This document shows, piece after piece, positions 20,328 to 31,432 of a stretch of 64,000 bases of DNA (within the stretch, counting starts at the first letter, position 1; each line of letters starts with the position of its first letter). Made by a program: the position numbers and the translations under genes. This DNA comes from Nostoc sp. (GTDB taxonomy: Bacteria > Cyanobacteriota > Cyanobacteriia > Cyanobacteriales > Nostocaceae). The notes below the pieces were generated by a model that was not told the DNA's origin, made no database searches, and saw nothing but the letters and a program-made list of their open reading frames with translations. Where the stretch lies: assembly GCA_036918135.1 (NCBI GenBank), contig JBALDB010000007.1, forward strand, positions 160,001 through 224,000. Direction: 5' to 3'.

Positions 20328-22574
20328 TTAATTTAGAAAATTTCGGATAGCACTACCACCATTCCTACCAACAGCAGGAATTTCTAATAGACTATCTGTG
20401 GCTTTGCCAGTACCGTCGTCGGTAACATGTGTAGAGTTACCTGGATGTCCGTTGGGGACAAACAATTGCGGGTGGTCAAAAGGCGCTTTCTCATACCGAA
20501 CTCGCTCATCAGTTAGTCCCTTTAAAAAGGCGACCAATTGCTGCTTTTCTTCTGGTGAGAGATTCAGGGGGGGAAGAGCTCCAAAGTCACCACCGCGATT
20601 ATAAAAATCAATCACTTGCTCTAAAGTCGCCTGACCTCCATTGTGGAAGTAAGGAGCAGTGAGTTCCACGTTACGTAACCCAGGTGCTTTGAAAGCTCCG
20701 TCTGCAAACACAGTTTCACTGGGATTCAACGGTGGATTGAGGGTAGGAGGGTTTTCGCCAAGGAGAACCTGAAATTTCGCTAACTGAGCGACTCGTGCTT
20801 CTGAGAGCGGATTACCTTGGCCGTTACCAAACAAACCGTCATTACCACCCAAGCCGAGGTCGTCCGTGGTAGGTCTAACACCAATCTTAAAAAAGCCAGT
20901 ATCTTCAGGGCCGTTTGGAGGGAACGGCGCACGTTTGATGCGTCCTTCTTTATTGACATTAGTCACTGAAGCAGCGGTTAATTCCGAGCCAATGTGACAA
21001 CCGATGCACAAAGCTTTGCCCTCAAACAGTTGTTTACCTAGTTGCTGCTGTTGGCTGAGAGCAGTGGTGTTGCCTTCCAAGAAGCGATCGTAGGGCGTAT
21101 CATTGGCAATAAGTGTAGACTCGTACAACTGAATTGCCAGCCCGAAGAATAGCGAGAAGTTGTACTCCATTAATGTGTACTCATTAGTCTCCAAGGAGCG
21201 ATCGGGCTTTTTGACAAAAGTCCGTCTACCTTCAGAATCAACTTGGATCAGTCGATTAGACCTCCACCACTCAGGCTTGAAAGCATCTTTAATCATCTGA
21301 TCGTAGGTTCTATCTTTGAGTCCAGGTTTAGGCCATCTGCTATCTCTACCCAAAACACTGTCTTGTGGATGCACAACTTGTTCCCCTAAAGGTCTCAAGG
21401 GAAATAACTTTTTCGCAAGTTTTCGCGGCAGCTTTTTACCTCTACCAGCGCTCAGAGATGTTCTGTCAATTCGCCCGAACTTATCACCAATTTCTTGAAA
21501 AGTCCGACCATCAGCAGATACCTCAAAGGAACTGAGTGGTGGGCCGACCGCTTGAGAAGCCAAAGACGAATTATTTAGGCTGACTTTCACAAACTTGAGC
21601 TGATTTAGAGTTTCTGCCTTGACAACAGAAGCATTAGGGTCTCTCAAACCAAAAGGATTCACTCCATTAAAGATGTTCTGCGCCCTTCCGTCCCAGAAGT
21701 TGCGGAAGTTAAATACTGCGTTAATCACACTTGGGGTGTTACGAGCCTGAACGCGGCGCACATTTACACCTCCGACGTTAAACACCGGATCTGGCTCAGT
21801 TTTTACTTGGTCTTGTGCGCTACCAGGTGTAACATCAACAAACTTATTATTGGTCACCCCTTGGGAAGAACTGACATCGTTGCGATCGGATATAACGCTA
21901 GCAGGATTATTAGGGTCTGATAGCTTGTGGAAGGGAAAATCCTCTGGCTTGAGTTGGTAATTAGGTAAACCACCAACGTCAAAAACTGTATCTGGATTCT
22001 GTGTACCATCAGCGTTAACCCGCAAAAGCCCAGGAGCTATCTGATTTTTGGATCTATTGTCAGCTCCAGCATGGAAGTGACAACTAGCACAGGAAGTCAC
22101 GCCGTCGCTACCAACCTGCATATCCCAAAAAAGAGCCTTTCCTAACTTGATGGCGGCTACTTTGTCTTTTACAAAGTCTCCAAGATTGTCAGGCTGTGGA
22201 ACCGAGACGTTCTTGAGTGAAGCCGGCGATGCGGTAATCTGTGCTGATACGCTATTTCCAGCTATTACTGCTGCGGTAATCATGGCAGCAATTACTATAG
22301 TTTTGGAACTCGATTTCAGAGGTTTAAGCTTGCCAGCTCTGTATCTTTGCCTTTGGGGCTTGATGCCAACGGCTAATTTAGATGGTGGAGTTGCTCTCGA
22401 AAATTTCTGATGGTTAAAATGCGGTAATTTCAGGTCAGAGGCTAAGCTTTGGACTGCTTGCTCAAGATTGGTGACCAGAAATTTGAGTAAACATCGACCA
22501 TTTGAGGTGAGTAGTAAATAAATTGGTAAACTGGCTAAAACCAGCACCAATACTATTACGGCTATAAACCCCAT
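20328..22574 (-). CDS. Di-haem cytochrome c peroxidase (MauG/CCP family)
   Basis: Two CxxCH motifs (CASCH, CIGCH), LGKALFWD, RNTPSVIN, FWDGRA, FKAPGLRNVELTAPYFHNG. Confidence 0.92.
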   Translation of the reverse strand: MGFIAVIVLVLVLASLPIYLLLTSNGRCLLKFLVTNLEQAVQSLASDLKLPHFNHQKFSRATPPSKLAVGIKPQRQRYRAGKLKPLKSSSKTIVIAAMITAAVIAGNSVSAQITASPASLKNVSVPQPDNLGDFVKDKVAAIKLGKALFWDMQVGSDGVTSCASCHFHAGADNRSKNQIAPGLLRVNADGTQNPDTVFDVGGLPNYQLKPEDFPFHKLSDPNNPASVISDRNDVSSSQGVTNNKFVDVTPGSAQDQVKTEPDPVFNVGGVNVRRVQARNTPSVINAVFNFRNFWDGRAQNIFNGVNPFGLRDPNASVVKAETLNQLKFVKVSLNNSSLASQAVGPPLSSFEVSADGRTFQEIGDKFGRIDRTSLSAGRGKKLPRKLAKKLFPLRPLGEQVVHPQDSVLGRDSRWPKPGLKDRTYDQMIKDAFKPEWWRSNRLIQVDSEGRRTFVKKPDRSLETNEYTLMEYNFSLFFGLAIQLYESTLIANDTPYDRFLEGNTTALSQQQQLGKQLFEGKALCIGCHIGSELTAASVTNVNKEGRIKRAPFPPNGPEDTGFFKIGVRPTTDDLGLGGNDGLFGNGQGNPLSEARVAQLAKFQVLLGENPPTLNPPLNPSETVFADGAFKAPGLRNVELTAPYFHNGGQATLEQVIDFYNRGGDFGALPPLNLSPEEKQQLVAFLKGLTDERVRYEKAPFDHPQLFVPNGHPGNSTHVTDDGTGKATDSLLEIPAVGRNGGSAIRNFLN

Positions 22575-22844
22575 AATTTTTTGCTATAAAATAATACTGC
22601 AATAAATTATACATTTGGTAAAAAGCCTGAAATTTATTGTTTACGTAAAATCATTAAAAATTTTTTGTAAATAAAAAGACTAGAGAAGAAAAATAAATTA
22701 ACAGTAAGAGGTAATTTTTAATACATATAATTTAGCTAAAATAGCGACTAATGTACTTATAGAGCAAGAGTTTTAAAAAATTTAAATATGTAAAATAGAT
22801 ATGTTTGAGCTTCTTATCAGCCACACTTTGGCAAGCATATTTAA

Positions 22845-23768
22845 ATGTCATTACATCAAAGTTCTGGTCGCTGGCGTTTAGGATTAGCTTTATCGCTATT
22901 AACAGTCTTATTATGGGGAATTTTACCTATTACTTTGACAATAACTCTACAAGCACTTGATGTTTATACAGTTATTTGGTTTCGCTTTTTAGTATCATTC
23001 GTACTACTTTTTATATATTTAGGAATACGTGGTAAATTGCCGAAATTAGAACAATTGCGTTCTAATTCAGGAAAGTTATTAGCGATCGCTACACTTTTCT
23101 TAGCAATTAATTACTTCTTATTCATGCAAGGTTTAGCATTAACATCACCAGCTAATGCTGAAGTTCTGATTCAATTAGCTGCTGTTTTATTAGGTTTGGG
23201 CGGTTTAGTAATTTTTAAAGAACGTTATCGGCTATATCAATGGATTGGTGTAAGTGTACTAACTTGGGGTTACTTTTTATTCTTTAAGGAGCAGCTAACA
23301 AATTTAATTACAGTGCATAATACCTATATACTTGGTAGCGTTTTGATTGTGCTAGGGGCAGCAGCATGGGCTATTTATGCTTTGGCACAAAAGCAATTAT
23401 TACAATTTTTCTCTTCTGCGAGCATTATGCTAATTATTTACGCAGGCTGTGCTTTATTATTCACTCCTTTAGCTAGAGTAAAATCAATTTTTACACTTGA
23501 TACTTTGCACTTAGGAATGTTGATTTTTTGTGCTTTGAATACTCTAATCGCTTACGGTGCTTTTGCTGAATCATTAGAACATTGGGAAGCATCACGAGTG
23601 AGTGCAGTATTAGCTTTAGCTCCGATTGTGACATTAATATCAGTTGCCGTTGTATCAGCGATCGCACCTGATTTGATTCCACCAGAACGCTTGACTTTTC
23701 TAGGAATATTAGGAGCGGCTTTAGTAGTCACAGGTTCAGTGGCGATCGCTTTGGGAAAAACTAATTGA
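22845..23768 (+). CDS. DMT/EamA family transporter
   Basis: About 10 hydrophobic helices in two EamA repeats. Confidence 0.88.
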   Translation: MSLHQSSGRWRLGLALSLLTVLLWGILPITLTITLQALDVYTVIWFRFLVSFVLLFIYLGIRGKLPKLEQLRSNSGKLLAIATLFLAINYFLFMQGLALTSPANAEVLIQLAAVLLGLGGLVIFKERYRLYQWIGVSVLTWGYFLFFKEQLTNLITVHNTYILGSVLIVLGAAAWAIYALAQKQLLQFFSSASIMLIIYAGCALLFTPLARVKSIFTLDTLHLGMLIFCALNTLIAYGAFAESLEHWEASRVSAVLALAPIVTLISVAVVSAIAPDLIPPERLTFLGILGAALVVTGSVAIALGKTN

Positions 23769-24749
23769 AAAAGTCAGAATTCAGAATGTAAAAAATCAAT
23801 ATAGATTTGCCTATTTTGAATAGTAATCATACTTAAGTAATTTCAAAAAAATAAATTACGCAAAATTATTTCCACGTTTGTAAGGGTACAAGCTCTTACA
23901 AATGTAAAATGGGATATTTTTTTAACTAGAAGTCTCTTTCTCAGATTAATCCTCAATTTTACTTAGAAGATTTCTGAGAATAAATAATAATTATTTTTAA
24001 AAGCTTTAATATTTCTATCTAGCAAAATTGTGGCATATTCAAAGTTACAACATGAATACTGAGGCAGAAGATTTTTTAATTTGCTATGATTTTCTAGTGA
24101 AGGCAAACTACTGAAGTCATTCTTTTGTTAAATCGATACTTTACCCACAAGTTTGACTCTGTAGCAATCTAACTTGTTAAACTTATAGCCAACAAAAATG
24201 TTTGAAGAAGAATTACGAAGTCAGAATTCAGCAGTTATCATCAATCAGTAATGATTAAAAATACACTAGTATAGGACGGCAAAAATCTAGCTACCATCTT
24301 AATTAGGTAGATAGATAAGAGGCTTCAGCCCCTTATTAAAGGTAGGCAAACTTATGCCATAGTGTACTAGTTTATCGTTGACTAGGCTAATGCGCCTATA
24401 TATTGCACAAACTCCGTATAGACTGTCATTAGTCATTTGTATTTCTAAGGATAGAGGACTTTTGACAAAGGACAACCCTCACTAGTTAATGTGCAATTTT
24501 TTTTGCATAACAGCTTATCAAATGAATGATTTTGTATAGGTTTTAAACCAATTTGTTCAGACGCTCGTGGACTCGCTACTGCTGCGCTATCTGTAACTCA
24601 TACATAAATCATCCTGAATTCTGAGTTGGAAATTATGAATTCTTTTTCAAGAAAGTTGAGGCTAATAATTTTTAGTCAACCGAGCAGGGCGCCCGAATAA
24701 CTACCAAAGCCAACACTTGACAAAACCAGACTACCGAAACAGTTGAGCG

Positions 24750-26465
24750 ATGAATAGTTTGTTTGGTAATTGGGCCAGCACCCTGAGAAGAAATTCCCTA
24801 TTGCTGGTTCTTTCAATGGTGCTGCCAACGTTTGGAATTAATAATTCTGTCTTGGCGGCAGAGCGTATTTATGCATCTTATTCGGCTCTAGAGCTTTCGA
24901 TTTCAGTGACAGCTTTAGAAAACTACGCCAAAACAGGTATAACTGATGGTGATTTAGCAGCATATCAACAATATTTACCTGTTGAAAAGCTTCAAGAATT
25001 GCGACGGATTTTACTCAATCGAGTCAAAGTTAGTCCAGCAGTAGTTTCCCAACTTCTCTACACACCCCAAGGAGAATTTTTACTGCATAGATTGGCGCAA
25101 GTGATTAAAACCAAATCCGATCGGCCAGAACCAGGATTTGATGCTTTGCGATCAGCGCTAATTTTAGCCTCTGGTGAACCGGAAGGCTTAACATTTTTAA
25201 ATGTATTGCGTAAATATCCTAGTGCTAGTATTCACCTTGATGTAGCGCAGACTTTGGGAATAGCTACAGAACTGGATAAACTTATTAATCAAACCCATCG
25301 AGCGATCGCAGCAGTTTCCCAAAAGTCAGAAATAGAGGCTACTGCTATCCAACAACCCAATTTATCACAACTACCTAATTTACAAGCTCCAGGAAAGTTT
25401 AAGTCACAAAAATATACCTTGAAGTTTTTCGACTCAACACGCAATCGACTTTTATTAACTGATGTTTACATTCCGAAAACTCAAACATCTACACCTGTAA
25501 TTGTAATTTCTCATGGCTTGGGTTTAGACAGCAGCAACTTTCAATATTTAGCCACTCATTTAGCTTCATACGGATTTACTGTAGCTGTTCCCAATCATCC
25601 TGGTAGCGATACAAAACAATTACGCTCCCTATTGAATAAACACGCCAATGAACTATCACAAGCAAGTGAATTTAAAGACCGACCTTTAGATATTACATTC
25701 ATCCTAAATCAATTGGAAAAAGCTAACCAATCTGATTCACGGTTTAAAAATCGCTTAAATGTGCAAGACGTTGGTGTATTTGGTCAATCTTTGGGAGGCT
25801 ATACAGCCTTGGCCTTGGCAGGCGCTAAAATTAACTTTAAGCAGTTAAAACAAGACTGTCAGCTAGCAAGACTAGAAAAAACCTGGAATATGTCTTTACT
25901 GCTCCAGTGTCGTGCTTTGGAATTAAATATTAATAACTCTGGCAAGGATTATAACTTGCGGGATAAGAGAGTCAAAGCAGCGATCGCAGTTAATCCAATT
26001 ACCAGTTCTATTTTTGGCCAAACTGGCTTAAATCAAATAAAAACTCCAGTGATGATTGTCAGCAGTAGTGATGATACTGTTGCACCAGCTTTATCCGAGC
26101 AAATTTTACCTTTCTCTTGGTTAGCGAATTCATCAAAGTATCTTGTCATGCTTGTAGGTGCTACTCACTTTTCCACCATTGGTAACGCTAGCCCTGCAAA
26201 TCAGCAAGTACCATTACCCGCTGAGATGATTGGCGATGCTTCCCAAGCGCGTCGTTACATGAATGTTCTAAGTTTACCTTTCTTCCAAACTTATGTTGCA
26301 GGAAAGTCACAATACATTCCTTATCTCAACGCCAGCTACACTCAAAGCATTTCTAGTAAATCTCTTGGTTTGAGCCTGGTTAAGTCATTTAATACAACTG
26401 AGTTAGCACAAGTATTAGATATTAAAGGAGGTAAACCCTTAAAAAAAAAGTTCCCAACACCATAG
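24750..26465 (+). CDS. DUF1400 alpha/beta hydrolase
   Basis: AAERIYASY (DUF1400), ISHGLG, nucleophile GQSLGG, GATHFS. Confidence 0.88.
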   Translation: MNSLFGNWASTLRRNSLLLVLSMVLPTFGINNSVLAAERIYASYSALELSISVTALENYAKTGITDGDLAAYQQYLPVEKLQELRRILLNRVKVSPAVVSQLLYTPQGEFLLHRLAQVIKTKSDRPEPGFDALRSALILASGEPEGLTFLNVLRKYPSASIHLDVAQTLGIATELDKLINQTHRAIAAVSQKSEIEATAIQQPNLSQLPNLQAPGKFKSQKYTLKFFDSTRNRLLLTDVYIPKTQTSTPVIVISHGLGLDSSNFQYLATHLASYGFTVAVPNHPGSDTKQLRSLLNKHANELSQASEFKDRPLDITFILNQLEKANQSDSRFKNRLNVQDVGVFGQSLGGYTALALAGAKINFKQLKQDCQLARLEKTWNMSLLLQCRALELNINNSGKDYNLRDKRVKAAIAVNPITSSIFGQTGLNQIKTPVMIVSSSDDTVAPALSEQILPFSWLANSSKYLVMLVGATHFSTIGNASPANQQVPLPAEMIGDASQARRYMNVLSLPFFQTYVAGKSQYIPYLNASYTQSISSKSLGLSLVKSFNTTELAQVLDIKGGKPLKKKFPTP

Positions 26466-26859
26466 TCAGCTTCGGATTTTGGATGTTGGATATAGGTGTT
26501 TCATTACTGAATGTAATGATTTTTATTTGATTTTGCAATAAATTTTAATTACTAATAATCCAAGTTGCTAGTTATGGATTCAAGCGATCGCATTCGCTAG
26601 TAAATTTGTATTTCATAGCCTGCAACTTGAATTATTATCCAATGTCCAACTTTTGACTACCTCAGATATCCATTGCAGAACATGGTTTTTGAGTTGAGGC
26701 GATCCTTCGACAAAACTACAGAGAGTATTTTACCGTACAACCTCAGCAGAATATTTACTGAGATTAATTTTCTTGTGACAGCTTTGTTTGTAACTGCTCG
26801 CTATTTATCTCATTGTTTATCTGGCTACAGATTAAGTCAGAGACTTCTGTGGAAAGTAG

Positions 26860-27129
26860 CTAAATTTTTGACGCGATAATCGCAATAAATACAGCAAGAC
26901 CTAATGCTCTGCGAAAATAATTAACACCTTGAAATAATTCCAGCCACGCCCAAGTAAATATGGAGCCATTTGCCAGTACGTCTAAGACTACATTAATTTT
27001 GCCACTTGTAAAAACTAGAGTTAATAAACTAGCTACTGCCCAAAGAATAATTGGTGGGTTTGGCGGCTGAGCTATAACAATTTTGCCCTCACTGTCACGA
27101 AACGTTTGATCGAATAATGTATTTTCCAT
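26860..27129 (-). CDS. Small hypothetical membrane protein
   Basis: 89-aa ORF with hydrophobic segments; FRDSEGKIVIAQPPN and WAWLELFQGVNYFRRALG look like conserved motifs. Confidence 0.7.
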   Translation of the reverse strand: MENTLFDQTFRDSEGKIVIAQPPNPPIILWAVASLLTLVFTSGKINVVLDVLANGSIFTWAWLELFQGVNYFRRALGLAVFIAIIASKI

Positions 27130-27534
27130 TCTTTGAAATTCCTAGTTAGCTAAAAATCAATAACTTACCAAAATTACCAGGTGGTCTTTTGAAAGTAAAC
27201 TGATATTTATTTAATAGCATTAAAACATTGAATTAAGTCTCTTTCCAAGTATCTAATTGCTGAGATCAAAAGCGAGAAACATATTCATATATGAGTAGAT
27301 AAAGAGGTATACTTACACAAAGACCAATACATAGGACTCCTATTTGGAGCTATTGTAACAAAAGTATGACTGTTGACTGTAAACAGTGGGATATTTTTTT
27401 ATTTGTTAGTCCCTTAAGGGCTTAAAACAAAGAATAAATTCTTAAGTTTTTGCAGCTACATTAGGGGAAAGCACCATAAATTATGAATTACAAAACTTGC
27501 TTCTCGCCTTTGGCGAGTATTACGAATTAGTAAT

Positions 27535-27710
27535 TATTCAGTCAATACGGTATTAGCGGCAATTTGTTGGACTCGTCCGGCAGCAATTAACCATTCGATA
27601 TCGCGATTGTGCAACTCTGCAAAGATAATCAGCGCGCTTCTCTCAGTTGTGGCTTACTTAAAATTACCGTACTGCATCCGAGTCGATCATTTACTCAAGC
27701 CTATTCGCTA
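27535..27710 (-). pseudogene. Fragment of a cyclic-nucleotide-binding domain protein
   Basis: Minus-strand ALIIFAELHNRDIEWLIAAGRVQQIAANTVL resembles the start of a cNMP-binding domain; no start codon, interrupted. Confidence 0.5.
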
Positions 27711-27714
27711 ACAA

Positions 27715-27850
27715 GGAACTGGTAAATCTAATGTAACTGCGAATATTGCAACTGCGATCGCTCGTGCAGGATAGCGTGTTGGAATCATAGATACGGATAT
27801 TCAATCACCAGGAATTCACGTTCCTTTTGGCTTGGACGAAAACCGTCAGT
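27715..27850 (+). pseudogene. Fragment of a MinD/ParA-family ATPase
   Basis: GTGKSNVTANIATAIARAG*RVGIIDTDIQSPGIHVPFGLDE: deviant Walker A and A' motifs with an internal stop. Confidence 0.75.
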
Positions 27851-28033
27851 ATGATAGCCCAACACCTCAGCGAAAGTAGCAAGCCGATAAATCAGCCATT
27901 TCAACTGGGGAAAAGAGGCGATTGCTAACTAATAAGTAGCTCAACCTAATTAAATCTGAAATGTCTGCGCTTTATAACGATAGTATTATCATTTCAGCAA
28001 CAAATAACAATCAAAATCTGTATATGTACTAAA

Positions 28034-29335
28034 ATGCTCTCAGGAGCTATTTCTCCGAATAAAGCAGAATTATTGCAAAATTTCACCATGATGAATAACT
28101 GGTTTGATACAGCTCGATTGGGGATGTTTATTCATTGGGGACATAGTTCTCAACAAGGATGTGAGTTATCTTGGCCGTTAGTTGGAGGTGTATTCAGCCT
28201 GCCTTTTTGCAAAAATATTCCAGTTGAGAAATATCACTACACAGCTAATACTTTCAATCCACAGCAATACAATCCTCAAGAGTGGGCAGATTTAGCAAAA
28301 AGTCTAGGAATGAAATATGCCATATTAACAGCCAAGCATCATAATGGTTTTGCCCTATTCCATACCCAAGAATCAGACTTTTCAATTGCATCTGCACTTT
28401 ACAAAAAAGATATTGTACGTGAATTTATCGCAGCGATGCGCTCTGTAGGATTACGTATTGGTCTTTATTTTTCACTTAGTGACTGGCATCATCTTGACTA
28501 TCCGGCTTTTACAGAGGCAGATAAACCTTATCGCTTCGATCGACTACCTCAACCTACAGCGCAACAATGGGAGCGATATATCCAATTTATGTTCAATCAG
28601 ATACGAGAATTATTGACCAACTATGGTCAAATCGATATCATTTGGTTTGACGGAAGTTGGGAACGCACTCCAGAGCAATGGCAGGCTCAAAAATTAGTGA
28701 AAATGATTCGTGATTTACAACCGAATATTCTCATTAACGATCGCCTACCTAATTGTGGAGACTTTGAAACTCCTGAGCAGTTTATTCCCCCTCAACCACT
28801 CGATCGTCCTTGGGAAACCTGTCTGACTATTAATGAAAGTTGGGGATATAATTCAGATGATTGCAACTTCAAATCCTCTCGTCAATTAATTCATACCCTT
28901 TGCGAAGTAGCAGGCAAAGGAGGCAATCTCTTGCTTAATGTTAGTCCAATGGGTAATGGACAAATCCCTCCTGAGCAGTTAGAGCGTCTCAAAGATATAG
29001 CAGATTGGATGTCTCTTCATTCTGAAAGTATACTTGATACAACCCCAGGATTAGAACCGTGGCAATTTTATGGCCCCTCAACTCGTAAGGGCAATCGCAT
29101 TTATCTACACCTATTAATGAAACCTTACGAAACAATATCAGTTAGGGGTATACCAATCAAACAAGTAAAATCGGTGTTTGTTCTTGCTGATGGCATAGCA
29201 CTAAGCTACACAAGTCGCTGTGCAATTATAGATTCTATCCTCAATTCTAATCCTTTAGGAGAATTAACAATTGATGTACCTGAATCAGTAATTAATCCAT
29301 ACGTTACAGTAATTTGTATTGATATTGATTCTTGA
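28034..29335 (+). CDS. Alpha-L-fucosidase (GH29); start probably 28088
   Basis: WFDTARLGMFIHWG, LTAKHHNGF, YFSLSDWH, IWFDG, LINDR, WETCLT, NLLLNV. Confidence 0.92.
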   Translation: MLSGAISPNKAELLQNFTMMNNWFDTARLGMFIHWGHSSQQGCELSWPLVGGVFSLPFCKNIPVEKYHYTANTFNPQQYNPQEWADLAKSLGMKYAILTAKHHNGFALFHTQESDFSIASALYKKDIVREFIAAMRSVGLRIGLYFSLSDWHHLDYPAFTEADKPYRFDRLPQPTAQQWERYIQFMFNQIRELLTNYGQIDIIWFDGSWERTPEQWQAQKLVKMIRDLQPNILINDRLPNCGDFETPEQFIPPQPLDRPWETCLTINESWGYNSDDCNFKSSRQLIHTLCEVAGKGGNLLLNVSPMGNGQIPPEQLERLKDIADWMSLHSESILDTTPGLEPWQFYGPSTRKGNRIYLHLLMKPYETISVRGIPIKQVKSVFVLADGIALSYTSRCAIIDSILNSNPLGELTIDVPESVINPYVTVICIDIDS

Positions 29336-29549
29336 GTAATTAATGTAAATTACAGCGAGCTGGCAAATATTCTATCTGACGTTTTTCAATGTTGACCTAC
29401 TTATCAATTCAAACTCCAACCAAATTTTAAAAGAATTTCTTCCCCAGTCCCCAGTACCTAGTCCCTAGTACCAGCCCTTTCAAGGTGTTGTGTTATGGGC
29501 TGATTTATTGTTTGGTTTAGGGAGGTGGAAATACTGGGGGAAGACAAAA

Positions 29550-29995
29550 ATGCTGCTAGGTGAGGTGTTTGATAATTTTGTTCAAAAAAGTCCAGTATTT
29601 GTGATGGTTCGTGGACTTTTAGAGAAAGTACTTTGTCCACACAGACTCGATGAACTATTTGAGTGCAGTGCAAAGACCCAGTACACCCGCGAGTTACTGT
29701 TCTCTACATTGGTCAATTTAATCAGCCTTGTGGTTTGCGGAATTCACCCATCAGTACATGCCGCACATCAGGCATTAGCTGAGGAGATTGGGGTTTGAGT
29801 CACTTCGGTCTACAATAAACTCAATGGTGTCGAGCCGACTGTCAGTGCAAAGCTAGTCAGAGAAATAGCCAGTCAACTAGAAGCCACGATTCGACATCTT
29901 AACGCCACACTGCCCGATTTGCTACCAGGTTATCGAGTCAAGATTCTTGATGGCAATGCGTTCCCCGAAGGGGTTGTCGAAGACATCGCAGCTTC
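29550..29995 (+). pseudogene. IS4-family transposase N-terminal remnant (in-frame TGA at 29796-29798)
   Basis: MLLGEVFDNFVQKSPV..QYTRELLFSTLV..GIHPSVHAA..*VTSVYNKLNGVEP..LLPGYRVKILDGN, all in one frame. Confidence 0.8.
29958..29989 (-). repeat. 24-nt small dispersed repeat inserted in a HIP1 site
   Basis: Minus strand GCGAT[GTCTTCGACAACCCCTTCGGGGAA]CGC. Confidence 0.75.
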
Positions 29996-30554
29996 TGGTT
30001 ACGATTACGATTACGATAGTCAGGTTTATAGTAGGACATCTAGCGATAATACCCTTAACGAGTGTGCAGGTAGCGATCGCTTGATTGTTGAATCTTCATC
30101 AGGTGATAATTTACTGGATGGCGGGGATGGAAATGATACTCTTATATCCCTTGATTCCATTGGTAAAAACACCCTCAAAGGTGGTAACGGCAATGATACT
30201 CTCACTGGTGGCAAAGGAAATGATAGCCTTTATGGGGGAGGCGGTATTGATACCTTTGTTTTCAATAGTTTTAATCAAGGCAGCGATCGCATTTATGATT
30301 TCAACGCTACTAATGAAGTGATTCAGGTATCAGCTGCTGGTTTTGGTGGTGGTTTATCACCAGGTGTACTTAAGACAAGTCAGTTTAAAATCGGTACATC
30401 TGCAACCACAACTAGTCAGCGATTTATTTATAACAATACTACAGGTGCATTGTTCTTTGACTCTGATGGTAGTGCAGGTGCGTTTACTCAGGTACAGTTT
30501 GCACAACTTACTGCTGGCTTGTCACTAACCAACAACAATTTTGTGATTGTTTGA
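29995..30554 (+). pseudogene. 3' remnant of an RTX calcium-binding protein gene
   Basis: GGDGNDTL/GGNGNDTL repeats and a C-terminal domain nearly identical to the two downstream paralogues; lacks its own N-terminus. Confidence 0.8.
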
Positions 30555-30604
30555 AGGTAATTAGGGTTTCACCCCAAACAGCAAGCAAGATAATAAACCT
30601 TGAA

Positions 30605-30636
30605 AATGCGAGGTACTATTCTAAACACCTCGCATT
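30605..30636 (+). terminator. Hairpin downstream of RTX remnant
   Basis: AATGCGAGGT...ACCTCGCATT; homologous hairpin at 35204-35237. Confidence 0.55.
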
Positions 30637-31041
30637 ACATTCATCTATGCGTTTGTAATCAAGGGCAAGCGATCGCAATTTTAACTTAGATACAATTTAT
30701 TTTTCTTGTGATGTGTACCCTGCCTCACATATCGCAGCGTTCAACAAGCAAAACATCTATTTTTTCTTTATTCAGAGAATATTTGCTTACTGGTTTGTAC
30801 AAATTCTTTGACTTTCAAAAGATAAAGTATACATCAAGTTCAGTAGTTATATATATTTTTTAATAAACAATCTCAAGAAGATGCAAAGATATTTATCTAA
30901 ATCTAGATATCTAAGTAAATATTCGCTATTGAGTTAGTTATGATGTTATTTAGATATTTCCTTTTTTGAAGCCAAATACCCAAGGGCGAAGGACAAAGAT
31001 TCTTTTCCCTGTAGCCCCATCAAGTGTTCCCTATTTTCTAA

Positions 31042-31432
31042 CTAGTGAGACTTACGCATTGACAAAACAACTAAATTATGAGTTGTGGATTTGCGACATT
31101 CAAGCTTGATTTTTCAACTGTTTTTTAGCAATGTCTATGGCAGATGTTTGCCTATAGGACTGATGAAGAATAATTGAAATTTGCTTGAAACTCGTTTTTT
31201 GTGAATCTACAAGCTGATGAATTTTAGACGCCCTTAAGACTTGGATAGTCGCATTAGATAAGTAATACTTACAAGTTAATTTAAAGGAGAATATATATCA
31301 AAAATTTATAACCTTCAAAAGTGAGAAAAGTATATCGAAAGCCTCAACTTTCGGCGAATTTTTGTGCCTTCAAACACTAAAATTTGAAAACTCAAAGTTA
31401 CTGCCAAACATCTATTAAGGAAGGAGAAAGTA
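31042..31432 (+). repeat. Duplicated ~390-nt leader, copy 1 (copy 2 at 35675-36071)
   Basis: Both start GACTTACGCATTGACAAAA and share colinear blocks TGATTTTTCAACT, GACTGATGAA, TTTTTGTGAATC, TAAGACTT, TCAAAAGTGAGA, TCAACTTTC. Confidence 0.85.
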
